A stretch of DNA of 55,957 nt, taken from the NCBI GenBank assembly GCA_030425545.1, contig JAUIAC010000005.1, forward strand, positions 1 to 55,957, in the 5' to 3' direction. Below, in pieces: positions 41,183 through 53,391 of the stretch (positions are counted from its first letter, which is position 1; each line of letters begins with the position of its first letter). The position numbers and the translations under genes are program-made. Origin of the DNA: a bacterium. Its GTDB lineage: Bacteria > Myxococcota_A > UBA9042. The notes beneath the pieces are model-generated. The model was not told the origin of the DNA. It ran no database searches and saw only the letters and a program-made list of their open reading frames with translations.

Positions 41183-43690
41183 TCAACGCCCGTGGGACGG
41201 GGTCGCGGGCTCAGGCTGGCCCAGCCCGGCGCGGCGGTGGACGCCTCGCACCCGCGGGAGGACGCGCGCCGCCGGTTCGACGCTTGGCCGAGCCGGCGCC
41301 GCTGGGGCTCGCGCCGCGGGGGTGGGCTTGGCGACGGGCGGGCTCGGCAGCGCGGGCGCGGCAGACGGCCTCACGTACACCGAGAGCACCGGCACGCCCT
41401 CGACCTGGACCTGACGCTCCGGCGCGGCGACGCCGTAGTCCTGCATGCAGTCCAGCTCGTAGTCGTCGTGGTCTTTCTGGTGGTGATAGAAGCCGAGGCT
41501 CGAGCCCTTCGGGGTGCCGTGGTACGCGAGGTCGCGGCGGAACCAGCCCTCACGCTGGTACATGCGGTAGGCCCCCCAGGCGCTGTTGTGGAACCAGACC
41601 CGCGCTCCCCGGGCGGCGCGGCGGTTGACGAAGGCGAGGCCGTCGCGGGTGGCGCCGCCCCAGAACTGGCGCTGAAGCCCGGCCGCCGCCGCGCCCGGCA
41701 CGCCCCCGACCAGCTCGTTGTAGTAGAGCGTGCCGTTGGGGTGCACGTCCCGCGTGGCCTGCGCCGCCGGCGCCGCGATGAGCAGCGCGAGCCCCCAGGC
41801 CAAGGCGACGTGCAGCGGCCGCGGCGCGCGGGCCAAGGTCAGCCAGGCCCGCTGCAGCGCAAGCCCAGCGAGCAGCAGCAGGAAGGGGTAGGCCAGGAAC
41901 CAATGCTTGGTGCCACCGAAGACCGGCGTGCTGGGCATGGCGATCAACACGATGGGCCACACCGCGCTCATCAGCAGCAGGCGCCGCAGGCTGCGACCCG
42001 CGGCCGTGTGAGCGAGCGGCTCGAGGGCCGTCCGCGCGGGCGGCGAGGCCAGCGAGCGCCCCCGCAGGCGCGCCAGGAGCCACCGAGCTTCGCGCCAGGT
42101 GGCGCCGCCGAAGCCTGCGAGCGCAGGGATCAGCAGGGTCAGCGGCCAGGTCGTGGCGGTCAGCACCCACGGCATCGCGAAGGGGAAGGGCGGGTACGCC
42201 AGCACCGCGCCGAAGTACTGCTGCATGTAGTGCTCGTGGTGGAGGTGGAACTCGATCCACCGGAGCAGGTTGTGGGTCGTGTCGACCCACAGCAGCGGCC
42301 AACCGACCACGAGGACCACCAGCCCCACCGGCAGCATCCAGAACCAGGCCGCTGGCAGCGGCGGGAGGTGCAGCCGCGCGACCTGCGCCAGGGCGGCGAG
42401 CAGCACGGCGAGCGCGAGCGCCTTGGACACCAGCGCGCCCAGCACCACAGCGGCCAGCGCGCCGCCCGCGAGCCAGAGCGCCGTCCGACGATCCAAGCGG
42501 ACCGGCGCGCCGTCGGGGCCCGAGAGCGAGAGCCGCCCTTCGACATAAGCGTCGTAGGCCCAGTGCGCCATCAGCGCGCCGGGCAGCACGAAGGCGTTGT
42601 GCTTGGCGAGGAGCGAGAGCCCCCACAGGAGCGCGGTGGGCAGCAACCAGCGGCGATCTCGCAGCGAGCGGTGGTAGGCCAGCGTCGTGGCGTACAGAAG
42701 CGTGACGATGGTCAGGTCGAAGCAAGCCAGGTGGCTGTGATAAAACGCCCGTGGAATCAACAAGAAACCCACCGCGGCGACGAGCGCGAAGGGGCGTCGC
42801 AGCCACGGAGCGCGGCCGTTGCCACCGAAGAACCCCCGCGCGGTGAGCCAGACCAACCACACCAGGAGCGCCGCGAAGAGCGCGCCAGGTGCGCGCATGG
42901 CGGCCGACTCGGAGAGCACGTAGCCCGCGCGCTCTTCCAGGGCCTCGCACCCCGTCCTGCGGATGACGCGCGCCTGTACGTCGGGACCGGCGGGCTTGCA
43001 CGCCGCCTGCAGCGCCTTGGCGTCTGCCCCAGGGTCGAGGGCCACCGTCGCGCTCCAGCGGGTCCGGGCGGTGACCTCGCCCGCCGCGACCGCCCGTCCC
43101 TCCGGCGACGGCGAGGCCCCGACCAGCTGCGGGCTCAGCAGCACCACGCGGGCCCCCTTCTCGAAGCCGTGGGAGGGCCCGAGGCCGGTCACCCGGGCCG
43201 TGGCCTGCGACGCCTCGCTGCGCGCCTGACGCTCACCCCGCCCCGCCGGCTCGCTCCGCCCCTTGCGACCGCCCTGCCCCCTCCGCTGCGGGCGCGGCGC
43301 GCGCACGGTCGACACCGGTCGCAGCTTGCGGCCGAAGTGACGCCAGCTGTAGCCGAAGAGCACCTTGTCGAGCGGGGGGTGCTCGAAGTTGTTGCGCCAC
43401 ACCTTGAGGATGCGCTCGCGCTTCAACGCCGCCTCGCGCTTGTCGCCGCCGGCCTCGAGGTCCACCAGCCAGTCCTGATAGGTCTCGGCGTGACGAAAGT
43501 AGAAGGCCTCGTCGCGGACGAAGCCCATGCCGTCGGTGGCCAGGAGCGCGAGCAGGCTGCCCACGAGCAGGACCAGGCCGACGGCGTGATCCAGCCAGCG
43601 CTGGCTGCGGGAGCCGCCGGACTGGCGCTCGGGCGCCACAGGGGGACGACCCGCGTCGGTTGGCGGGGTGTTGGGGTTCGTGTGGGTCAA
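41183..43690 (-). CDS. GT-C fold membrane glycosyltransferase (ArnT/PMT, GT83/GT39-like)
   Basis: TM1 followed by RDEAFY; NFEHPPLDK; PRAFYHSHLACFD; LWGLSLLAKHNA; multiple TMs; periplasmic C-domain YYNELVGG...RQFWG. Confidence 0.85.
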   Translation of the reverse strand: MTHTNPNTPPTDAGRPPVAPERQSGGSRSQRWLDHAVGLVLLVGSLLALLATDGMGFVRDEAFYFRHAETYQDWLVDLEAGGDKREAALKRERILKVWRNNFEHPPLDKVLFGYSWRHFGRKLRPVSTVRAPRPQRRGQGGRKGRSEPAGRGERQARSEASQATARVTGLGPSHGFEKGARVVLLSPQLVGASPSPEGRAVAAGEVTARTRWSATVALDPGADAKALQAACKPAGPDVQARVIRRTGCEALEERAGYVLSESAAMRAPGALFAALLVWLVWLTARGFFGGNGRAPWLRRPFALVAAVGFLLIPRAFYHSHLACFDLTIVTLLYATTLAYHRSLRDRRWLLPTALLWGLSLLAKHNAFVLPGALMAHWAYDAYVEGRLSLSGPDGAPVRLDRRTALWLAGGALAAVVLGALVSKALALAVLLAALAQVARLHLPPLPAAWFWMLPVGLVVLVVGWPLLWVDTTHNLLRWIEFHLHHEHYMQQYFGAVLAYPPFPFAMPWVLTATTWPLTLLIPALAGFGGATWREARWLLARLRGRSLASPPARTALEPLAHTAAGRSLRRLLLMSAVWPIVLIAMPSTPVFGGTKHWFLAYPFLLLLAGLALQRAWLTLARAPRPLHVALAWGLALLIAAPAAQATRDVHPNGTLYYNELVGGVPGAAAAGLQRQFWGGATRDGLAFVNRRAARGARVWFHNSAWGAYRMYQREGWFRRDLAYHGTPKGSSLGFYHHQKDHDDYELDCMQDYGVAAPERQVQVEGVPVLSVYVRPSAAPALPSPPVAKPTPAARAPAAPARPSVEPAARVLPRVRGVHRRAGLGQPEPATPSHGR

Positions 43691-43701
43691 GGTCTGGGGC
43701 C

Positions 43702-45093
<1,392 letters not shown>

Positions 45094-45276
45094 GGTGGCT
45101 CCTGGAGGTGGCGCGCGGCGGGGCGAGCGCCCGTCAGGTGGGGTGTCGACCCCTCACCTGGGCCGAATTTCCGGGTTGAGCGTCGCTCGCGTCGCCGCCC
45201 GGGGTCAAGCGCTGGGGTGCAAAGACCCCAAATCGAGCCAACGTCGTGCGCGCGGGCCGCCCGAGCCTCTGGCGTG

Positions 45277-46173
45277 TCACCCGAGGTGGGCGAGGACGCC
45301 CTTCTTCCACAGGGCGGCGAAGTCCATGCCCCAGGCGACGGCGACGTGGATCGTGACGCCGCCCCAGATGCTGCGCGTGTCCATGGCCAGCACGCCGAGG
45401 GTGATGCCGGCGATGATGCTGCCCAGACACTCGGGCAGCGGCTTGCCGTAGTGGATCATGCAGTAGGGGATGGCCATGGTCAGCACCGCCATGGACCCCA
45501 TCTCGGCCGCGAGCCCACGCAGGACGAAGCCACGGAAGAAGAACTCCAGCGCGAAGAACTGCACCCCATAGGCCGCCTCCCAGATCAGCAGGTCGATCCA
45601 CCCCTGCTGGTCCTTGTAGAAGGGGTACTGCATGGCGAAGTCGGGCGAGTCGGCGAACACGAGGATGAGCAGGCCAACGGGCAGGAAGAGCAGACCGTAG
45701 ATGGGCAGGTGCCGCACGTAGTCGCGAGGCTTGAGGTAGAAGTCGGCCAGGGTCATGCCGAAGACGACCCGCACGACGACGCCGGGCACCACGAAGTAGC
45801 AGAAGACACAGCCCAGCACCCACGAGCAGTTCACCATCAGGCGGTGGTACTGATACATCAGCGTGCGCACGTCGCTGCCGAAGAGCCCGCCCAGCTCGCA
45901 CAGGGTCGACGCGAAGCCGGCCTGCACCGTGCGATCCATGACCACGAAGCGCAGGAACACGAGCATCAGGCACGTGGTGACCACGGTCACGAACGCCGCT
46001 GTGCGCGCCGAGACGTGGCCGACCCGCTGACCTTGGTAGGCGGCGTCGATGCGCCCCCAGGGCGCGACGATGACCTCGTCGATGAAGCGCTTGAACAGGC
46101 CTGAGGGGCCGCTGCTCGACGGAGGGACGGAGGGTGCGTTGTGCGCCGCCGACGGCGACGGATGGGCGGCCAT
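45277..46173 (-). CDS. CPBP (Abi/Rce1-like) intramembrane glutamic endopeptidase
   Basis: Multi-TM; LEFFFRGF, PYCMIHYGKP..E, LGVLAMDTRSIWGGVTIH...MD. Confidence 0.85.
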   Translation of the reverse strand: MAAHPSPSAAHNAPSVPPSSSGPSGLFKRFIDEVIVAPWGRIDAAYQGQRVGHVSARTAAFVTVVTTCLMLVFLRFVVMDRTVQAGFASTLCELGGLFGSDVRTLMYQYHRLMVNCSWVLGCVFCYFVVPGVVVRVVFGMTLADFYLKPRDYVRHLPIYGLLFLPVGLLILVFADSPDFAMQYPFYKDQQGWIDLLIWEAAYGVQFFALEFFFRGFVLRGLAAEMGSMAVLTMAIPYCMIHYGKPLPECLGSIIAGITLGVLAMDTRSIWGGVTIHVAVAWGMDFAALWKKGVLAHLG

Positions 46174-46394
46174 GCGGTCTCCACGGCGGGGGGAAGCGCC
46201 GCGAGTCTGGCGTCGCCGTGAAAAAAGCGCCAGTCATCGCCCCGGACATCGGCGGGCCATGGCTCGCGACCACCGGCAGGTCCGTGCGGGAGGGCGCGTC
46301 CGGAGGCTGGCGTCGACCCCACCGCGGCGTCGGTCACCGGCTGTCGCATCGCGGCTTGTTCGGTGCGATCGATTGTGCTTCCTTGCCGCTCGCC

Positions 46395-48758
46395 ATGAAC
46401 TTCGACCTCTTCACCGACCCTGACGCTGCGCCGACCGGGCTGCCTCCCGGAGGGGGTGGCGATCCCCTGGTGACCGGGCTGAACCCGGAGCAAGCGCACG
46501 CCGTGACCACGACGGACGGGCCGCTGCTCGTGCTCGCTGGCGCGGGCTCGGGCAAGACCCGGGTGATCACGCACCGCATCGCTTATCTGGTGGAGCGGCT
46601 GGGCGTGCCCCCGTGGCAGATCCTCGCCGTCACCTTCTCCAACAAGGCCGCGGGCGAGATGCGGCATCGCATCGAGGAGCTCCACGGAGAGGGCGCGTCC
46701 GACCTGTGGCTGGGCACCTTTCACCGCATCGGCGTGCGGCTGCTGCGCTCGTTCGGCAAGCACGCGGGGCTGGCGTCGAGCTTCGGCATCTACGACCGCG
46801 ACGACAGCAAGAAGATGATCAAGCGGGCCATGGCTGCGCTCAACATCAGCGACAAGCAGCTGCGGCCGCGGACGGTCGCGACCTACATGGACCAGGCGAA
46901 GAACAGCCTGCTGCTCCCCGGAGACCCGGCGCTGCCCCAGACCGACGCGGTGGAGAAGCGGTGCGCGCAGATCTACCAGCGCTACGAAGACGAGATGCGG
47001 CGCGCCGACGCCGTCGACTTCGGCGACCTGCTGATGCGCCCCGTGCAGGTGCTGCGCGAGGTGCCGACGCTGCGGGAGCACTGGGCGGCGCGCTTTCGCT
47101 ACGTGCTCGTGGACGAGTTCCAGGACACCAACCTGGCCCAGTTCGAGCTGCTCAAGCTGCTCACGAGCGTGCACGGCAACCTGTGCGTGGTGGGCGACGA
47201 CGACCAGAGCATCTATTCGTGGCGCGGCGCCGAGGTGCGCAACATCCTCGACTTCCCCGTGACCTTCCCGGGCGCGACGGTGGTCAAGCTGGAGCGCAAC
47301 TACCGGTCGACGGACGTCATCTTGGCGGCGAGCGGCGCGCTGGTGCGGCAGAACCGCACGCGGCACGACAAGACCCTGTGGACCGAGGTCACCGGCGGCG
47401 AGAAGATCGCGGTGCACGCCACCGACACGGACAGCGACGAAGCGGACTGGATCGCGCGCCGCATCGAGGCGCTGCGCGGCGAGGTCCCGCTCAACGAGAT
47501 CGCCATCTTCTACCGCACCAACGCCCAGTCGCGCGTGCTCGAAGAGGCCATGGGCCGCTTTCGGCTGCCCTACGTGCTCATCGGCGGGCTCCGCTTCTAC
47601 GAGCGGGCCGAGATCAAGGACCTGCTGGCCTACTGCCGGCTGTTGGTGAACCGCGACGACACGGCGTCCTGGCTGCGCGTGGTCAACACCCCGCGGCGGG
47701 GCATCGGCAAGACCTCGGTGCAGCGCGTGGAGCAGGCCGCGGCGTCGTGGCAGGTGTCGGTGCCCGAGGCCGCGCGTCGCATGGTGCAGGGCGAGGACAG
47801 GTTCCGCGGCAAGGACAAGCTGCTGGCCTTCGTCGAGCTGATCGCGCGGCTGCGGACGCGGGTCGACGGCATGCGGGCCGACGAGGCCGGCGCGCTGGTG
47901 CTCAAGGAGTGCGGCCTGCGCGAGGCGCTGCTGGAAGAGGGCTCCCTGGAGAGCCAGACCCGGCTGGAGAACCTGGGCGAGCTGCTCAGCGCCATGGGGG
48001 AGCACGCCGCTGGCGCGCCCGATCCGACGCTGGTGGGCTACCTGGAGCAGGTGGCGCTGGTGGCGGACGTCGACAAGCTCGACCGGGGCCACGAGGTCGT
48101 GTCGATGATGACGATGCACGCGGCCAAGGGGCTCGAGTACGACGTCACCTTCGTGGCGGGGCTCGAAGAGGGGTTGGTGCCGCACGGCAACGCCGCCGCC
48201 GAGGGCAACACCGAAGAGGAGCGCCGACTCCTCTACGTGGCCATGACCCGCGCCCGCAAGCGCATGCACCTGAGCTACGCCCGCCTCCGGCGGCGCTTCG
48301 GGCAGGAGGAGCTGCAGACGCCCTCGCCCTTCCTGACCGCGCTGCCGGACGAGCTGCTCGAGCGGACCGGGCCGGTTCGGCGACGCGGCTGGGGTGGCGT
48401 TGCGCGGGTGGGATCGTCGAGCTTCGGCGGAGCGCACGCGCGGGGAGGCGGCGGTGGACGCGGCGGTGGACGCGGCGCTGGACACGGCGCCGCGTGGCCG
48501 AGCGCGCCCGCCCGCGTGCCGCGCGACGACGGCACCGTGGTGGAGCGACACGTGACCCGGGAGCGCGAGGACGTGCCGGTGATTCAGCGCGAATCTGCGG
48601 GGCCCTTTCAGGCCGGTGGCTTCGCGCGCCACAAGTCTTTCGGCAAGGGCGAGGTCATCGACGTCGCGGGCCACGGCAAGCTGGCGCGGGTGACCGTGCG
48701 CTTCCCGCGGGTCGGCGTGAAGAAGGTGCTCGCCCGCTTTCTGCAGCCCGCGGGGTGA
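46395..48758 (+). CDS. uvrD: UvrD/PcrA SF1A DNA helicase
   Basis: LNPEQ, AGAGSGKT, TFSNKAA, VDEFQDTN, VGDDDQSIYSWRGA, LERNYRS, YRTNAQSR, TMHAAKGLEY, EEERRLLYVAMTRA, and a C-terminal Tudor-like domain (HKSFGKG). Confidence 0.95.
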   Translation: MNFDLFTDPDAAPTGLPPGGGGDPLVTGLNPEQAHAVTTTDGPLLVLAGAGSGKTRVITHRIAYLVERLGVPPWQILAVTFSNKAAGEMRHRIEELHGEGASDLWLGTFHRIGVRLLRSFGKHAGLASSFGIYDRDDSKKMIKRAMAALNISDKQLRPRTVATYMDQAKNSLLLPGDPALPQTDAVEKRCAQIYQRYEDEMRRADAVDFGDLLMRPVQVLREVPTLREHWAARFRYVLVDEFQDTNLAQFELLKLLTSVHGNLCVVGDDDQSIYSWRGAEVRNILDFPVTFPGATVVKLERNYRSTDVILAASGALVRQNRTRHDKTLWTEVTGGEKIAVHATDTDSDEADWIARRIEALRGEVPLNEIAIFYRTNAQSRVLEEAMGRFRLPYVLIGGLRFYERAEIKDLLAYCRLLVNRDDTASWLRVVNTPRRGIGKTSVQRVEQAAASWQVSVPEAARRMVQGEDRFRGKDKLLAFVELIARLRTRVDGMRADEAGALVLKECGLREALLEEGSLESQTRLENLGELLSAMGEHAAGAPDPTLVGYLEQVALVADVDKLDRGHEVVSMMTMHAAKGLEYDVTFVAGLEEGLVPHGNAAAEGNTEEERRLLYVAMTRARKRMHLSYARLRRRFGQEELQTPSPFLTALPDELLERTGPVRRRGWGGVARVGSSSFGGAHARGGGGGRGGGRGAGHGAAWPSAPARVPRDDGTVVERHVTREREDVPVIQRESAGPFQAGGFARHKSFGKGEVIDVAGHGKLARVTVRFPRVGVKKVLARFLQPAG

Positions 48759-48783
48759 GCGTACGCGCGCACGAGGAGTCGGC

Positions 48784-49503
48784 ATGACAGCGTCCCAGAC
48801 GAGAGACGACGTGCTTCGGCAGGCCACCGAGATCACGGTGCGCTACTTTGCGTCGACGCGGGACGCCGCGGGCGTGACCAGCGACACGCTGCCCTGGGTC
48901 GACGGGGAGACCGTGGCGGCGCTGCGGCTGCGGCTCACCGGTGCGCGCCCCCGCCTCGGGCGGCTCCTGCCGGCGTGCCGCTTCGCCCAGGGTGACGACT
49001 TCGCGCAAGACAGCGACCGCGTGTTGCCCGGCGCCGAGCTGGCGGTGCTGCCCCCGGTCTCCGGAGGGGCTGGGGCTGGCGTCGCGCCCCAGCGGGCGCA
49101 GGTGGTCGAGCGCCCGATCGACGTAGGCGAGGCCGCGCGGCTGCTGAACACCCAGGGCTCTGGCGCCATCGCGACCTTCACAGGCGTGGTTCGCGACCAC
49201 ACCGGCGACCGCGAGGTGCGCTACCTGGACTATGAGGCCCACGTCCCGCTGGCGGAGAAAGAGCTCGAGCGCATCGTCGCCGAGGCCATGGCGACCCACG
49301 GCCTGGTCGACGCGCGTGTCCTCCACCGGGTGGGCCACCTCCAGCTCGGCGAGGTGGCGGTGGATATCGCTGCGTCTGGCGCGCACCGGGCAGAGACCTT
49401 CGCGGGCTGCCGCCACATCATCGAGGAGCTCAAGAAGACGGTGCCGATCTGGAAGAAGGAGACGGACACCGAAGGCAGCACGTGGGTCACGCCGACGCCC
49501 TAG
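48784..49503 (+). CDS. moaE: Fused molybdopterin synthase MoaD-MoaE
   Basis: Ubiquitin-like N-half VRYFASTRDAAG...AVLPPVSGG, then MoaE motifs GAIATFTGVVRD, LDYEAH, HRVGHL, AHRAETF, LKKTVPIWKKE. Confidence 0.92.
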   Translation: MTASQTRDDVLRQATEITVRYFASTRDAAGVTSDTLPWVDGETVAALRLRLTGARPRLGRLLPACRFAQGDDFAQDSDRVLPGAELAVLPPVSGGAGAGVAPQRAQVVERPIDVGEAARLLNTQGSGAIATFTGVVRDHTGDREVRYLDYEAHVPLAEKELERIVAEAMATHGLVDARVLHRVGHLQLGEVAVDIAASGAHRAETFAGCRHIIEELKKTVPIWKKETDTEGSTWVTPTP

Positions 49504-49552
49504 CGACGGGCGGCGACCCGGGCGACGGCGAATCAGGAGCTCGCGCGTGCGG

Positions 49553-49576
49553 CCGAAGTTGACCCCGAAGTTGACA
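49553..49576 (+). promoter_or_regulatory. Direct repeat ccgaagttgac x2 overlapping a TTGACA -35 upstream of galE
   Basis: Copies at 49553-49563 and 49565-49575; TTGACA at 49571-49576; poor -10. Confidence 0.45.
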
Positions 49577-49659
49577 AGGGCGAGGCGCAACACCGACAAG
49601 CCGGAGCGGGACGCGGCGCGCTCCGCCTGCCCGTGGGCCACCGAGCCCTTTGGAGTGCC

Positions 49660-50646
49660 ATGAAGCTCTTGGTGACTGGAGGGGCCGGCTACATCGGCTC
49701 GCACGCGGTGCAGCGCCTGGTCCGAGACGGCCACGAGGTGACGGTGGTCGACAGCCTCGTCACCGGGCATCGGGCTGCTGTGGATCCGAGCGCGACGCTG
49801 CATGAACTCGACCTGCGCGACACTCCGGCCCTGACCGAGCTGATGCTGGCCACGCAGCCAGACGCGGTGCTGCACTTCGCCGCGCTCAGCATCGTGGGCG
49901 AGTCGGTGCAGCAGCCGCTGCGCTACTGGGACAACAACGTCGGCGGCGCGATCTCGCTGCTGAGCGCCATGGCGGCGGGCGGGGTCGAGCGGCTGATCTT
50001 CTCGTCGACCTGCTCCACCTACGGCGAGCCCGAGCGCATGCCCATCCGGGAGGACGCCCCGCAGGCGCCGATCAACACCTACGGACGCACCAAGCTGGCG
50101 GTCGAGGGGCTGATCCAGGACCACGCGGCGGCGCGCCCGGGCTTCTCCTACGCCATGCTGCGTTACTTTAACGTCGCGGGTTGCGACCGCAGCGGGCGCC
50201 TGGGCGAAGACCACCGTCCGGAGACACACCTGGTGCCGATCGTGCTGCAGGCCGCAGCGGGGCTGCGTGACGGGGTCGCCATCTTCGGCACGGACTACGA
50301 CACGCCCGACGGCACCTGCGTCCGCGACTACCTCCACGTCGACGACCTCGTCGCAGCCCACGTGTGCGCGCTGGAGCGCCTGCGGCCCGGCCGCGGCGAC
50401 GCGCTCAACCTCGGCGTGGGGCGCGGCTACAGCGTGCGCGAGCTGCTCGCGGTGGCGAAGCGGGTCACGGGCGTGGACTTCCCGGTCACCGAGGCGCCGC
50501 GGCGCTCGGGCGACGTCCCCGTGCTCTACGCCGACCCCTCGCGGGCGCTGGTCCGACTGGGGTGGGCGCCGGAGTGCAGCGACCTCGAGACGATCCTGTC
50601 GTCCGCGTGGCGTTGGCATCAGGCGCACCCCGAGGGCTACGCCTGA
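49660..50646 (+). CDS. galE: UDP-glucose 4-epimerase
   Basis: TGGAGYIGSH, HFAA..VGES, FSST, YGRTK, LRYFNVAG, ETHLVP, DGTCVRDYLHV. GGAG RBS. Confidence 0.95.
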   Translation: MKLLVTGGAGYIGSHAVQRLVRDGHEVTVVDSLVTGHRAAVDPSATLHELDLRDTPALTELMLATQPDAVLHFAALSIVGESVQQPLRYWDNNVGGAISLLSAMAAGGVERLIFSSTCSTYGEPERMPIREDAPQAPINTYGRTKLAVEGLIQDHAAARPGFSYAMLRYFNVAGCDRSGRLGEDHRPETHLVPIVLQAAAGLRDGVAIFGTDYDTPDGTCVRDYLHVDDLVAAHVCALERLRPGRGDALNLGVGRGYSVRELLAVAKRVTGVDFPVTEAPRRSGDVPVLYADPSRALVRLGWAPECSDLETILSSAWRWHQAHPEGYA

Positions 50647-50701
50647 CCACGAGCACGCCGTGCGCGCGGGGCTGGGCCGCCTCAGTGGCAGAGGACCGCC
50701 C

Positions 50702-51582
50702 TCAGCGCGGCTCGTCGGCCAGCTCGAGCCAGCGCCGGTAGAGCTCGCGGCGCGCGACGCCGGTTCGACGCGAGAGCTCCCGCAAGAAGGGCTTGCGATC
50801 CGCTCCAGTCTGCAAGGCCTGCGCGATCTCGGCGTCGACGTCCGGGACGCGAGACGCAGCCGACGGGATCGGCGCGCTCACCTCGACCAGCAGCACGGCC
50901 TCGCCCCGCGCCTGCTCCGGAGTCAGCTGAGCGGAGACCGCCGCTGGCGCGCCCCGCACATAGCCCTCGTGGAGCTTGGTCAGCTCGCGCGCGACCACCA
51001 GCCGCACCTCCGGCGCGAGGGTCTCGAGCTGGGCCACCAGCCCCGGCACGTCTCGGCCCGGCACGTAGACCGCGTGGGTCATCGGGCCGCCGTCTGGCGC
51101 CGGCGTCAGGCGCGCCTCGAGCCAGCGCTCCCGCTGCCCGGCCGACTTGGGCGCGAAGCCCCAGAACGCGAAGGGCACCGGTGTGAGCCCACTGGCCGCG
51201 AGGCCCGCCGCAGCGGCGAAGGGCCCCGGCAGGGTCTCGACCCGGTGACCCGCGGCCTGCACGGCGTCGACCAGGCGGGCGCCGGGGTCGCTGAGGCAGG
51301 GGGTGCCCGCGTCGCTGACCAGCCCCACGTGGGAGCCGGCCTCGAGCCGGGCGAGGACGTCCGCTACGCGCTCGGCCTCGTTGTGGGCGTGGAGCGACTG
51401 ACAGGGTGGACGCACGCCGACGTGGGCGAGCAGCCGCGCGGTGTGGCGCGTGTCCTCGCAGAGCAGCAGGTCGACCGCACCCAGGAGCTCCGCCGCGCGC
51501 GGGGTCAGGTCGCCCAGGTTGCCGATCGGCGTCGCGATGACGCTCAGCCGCCCCCGCTGCCCCGCGCTCGGGGCGCTCGACA

Positions 51583-51583
<1 letters not shown>
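50702..51583 (-). CDS. rsmI: 16S rRNA C1402 2'-O-methyltransferase
   Basis: ATPIGNLGD, CEDTRHT, VSDAGTPCLSDPG, ARELTKLHE, RGE. TGATG overlap with pyrG. Confidence 0.93.
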
Positions 51584-53211
<1,628 letters not shown>

Positions 53212-53269
53212 GGGGTCCTCGCGTGTCGTGGAATACGGGGACCTGCCAGGCTGGCCCGCCCGGGCCGCG

Positions 53270-53299
53270 ACCCTAGGGGGGTTCGGACCGGGGTGTCAA
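53270..53299 (-). promoter_or_regulatory. Putative sigma70 promoter of pyrG-rsmI, TTGACA-N18-TAGGGT
   Basis: -35 at 53299-53294 and -10 at 53275-53270. Confidence 0.65.
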
Positions 53300-53391
53300 C
53301 GCGCTTTTCGCACACGCAGCCGCAGGCCGCGCATCGGCTGGATTTGCGGGTCGCGCCGGGGTGTCGCGCCCGTCGACGCGAGAGCGGGGGC

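Noticed and set aside
45094-45276. Hairpins between the CPBP and activator genes as a tRNA/ncRNA
   Set aside because: No cloverleaf or T-loop consensus. Short GC stems are expected by chance here; a weak TTGACC-N18-GACGCT promoter is possible but unsupported.
46217-46233. TGGCGC-tttttt-CAC as a sigma54 -24/-12 promoter for the CPBP gene
   Set aside because: It lacks the conserved -12 GC. I found no convincing sigma54 promoter in the window, so targets of the FHA activator are unknown.
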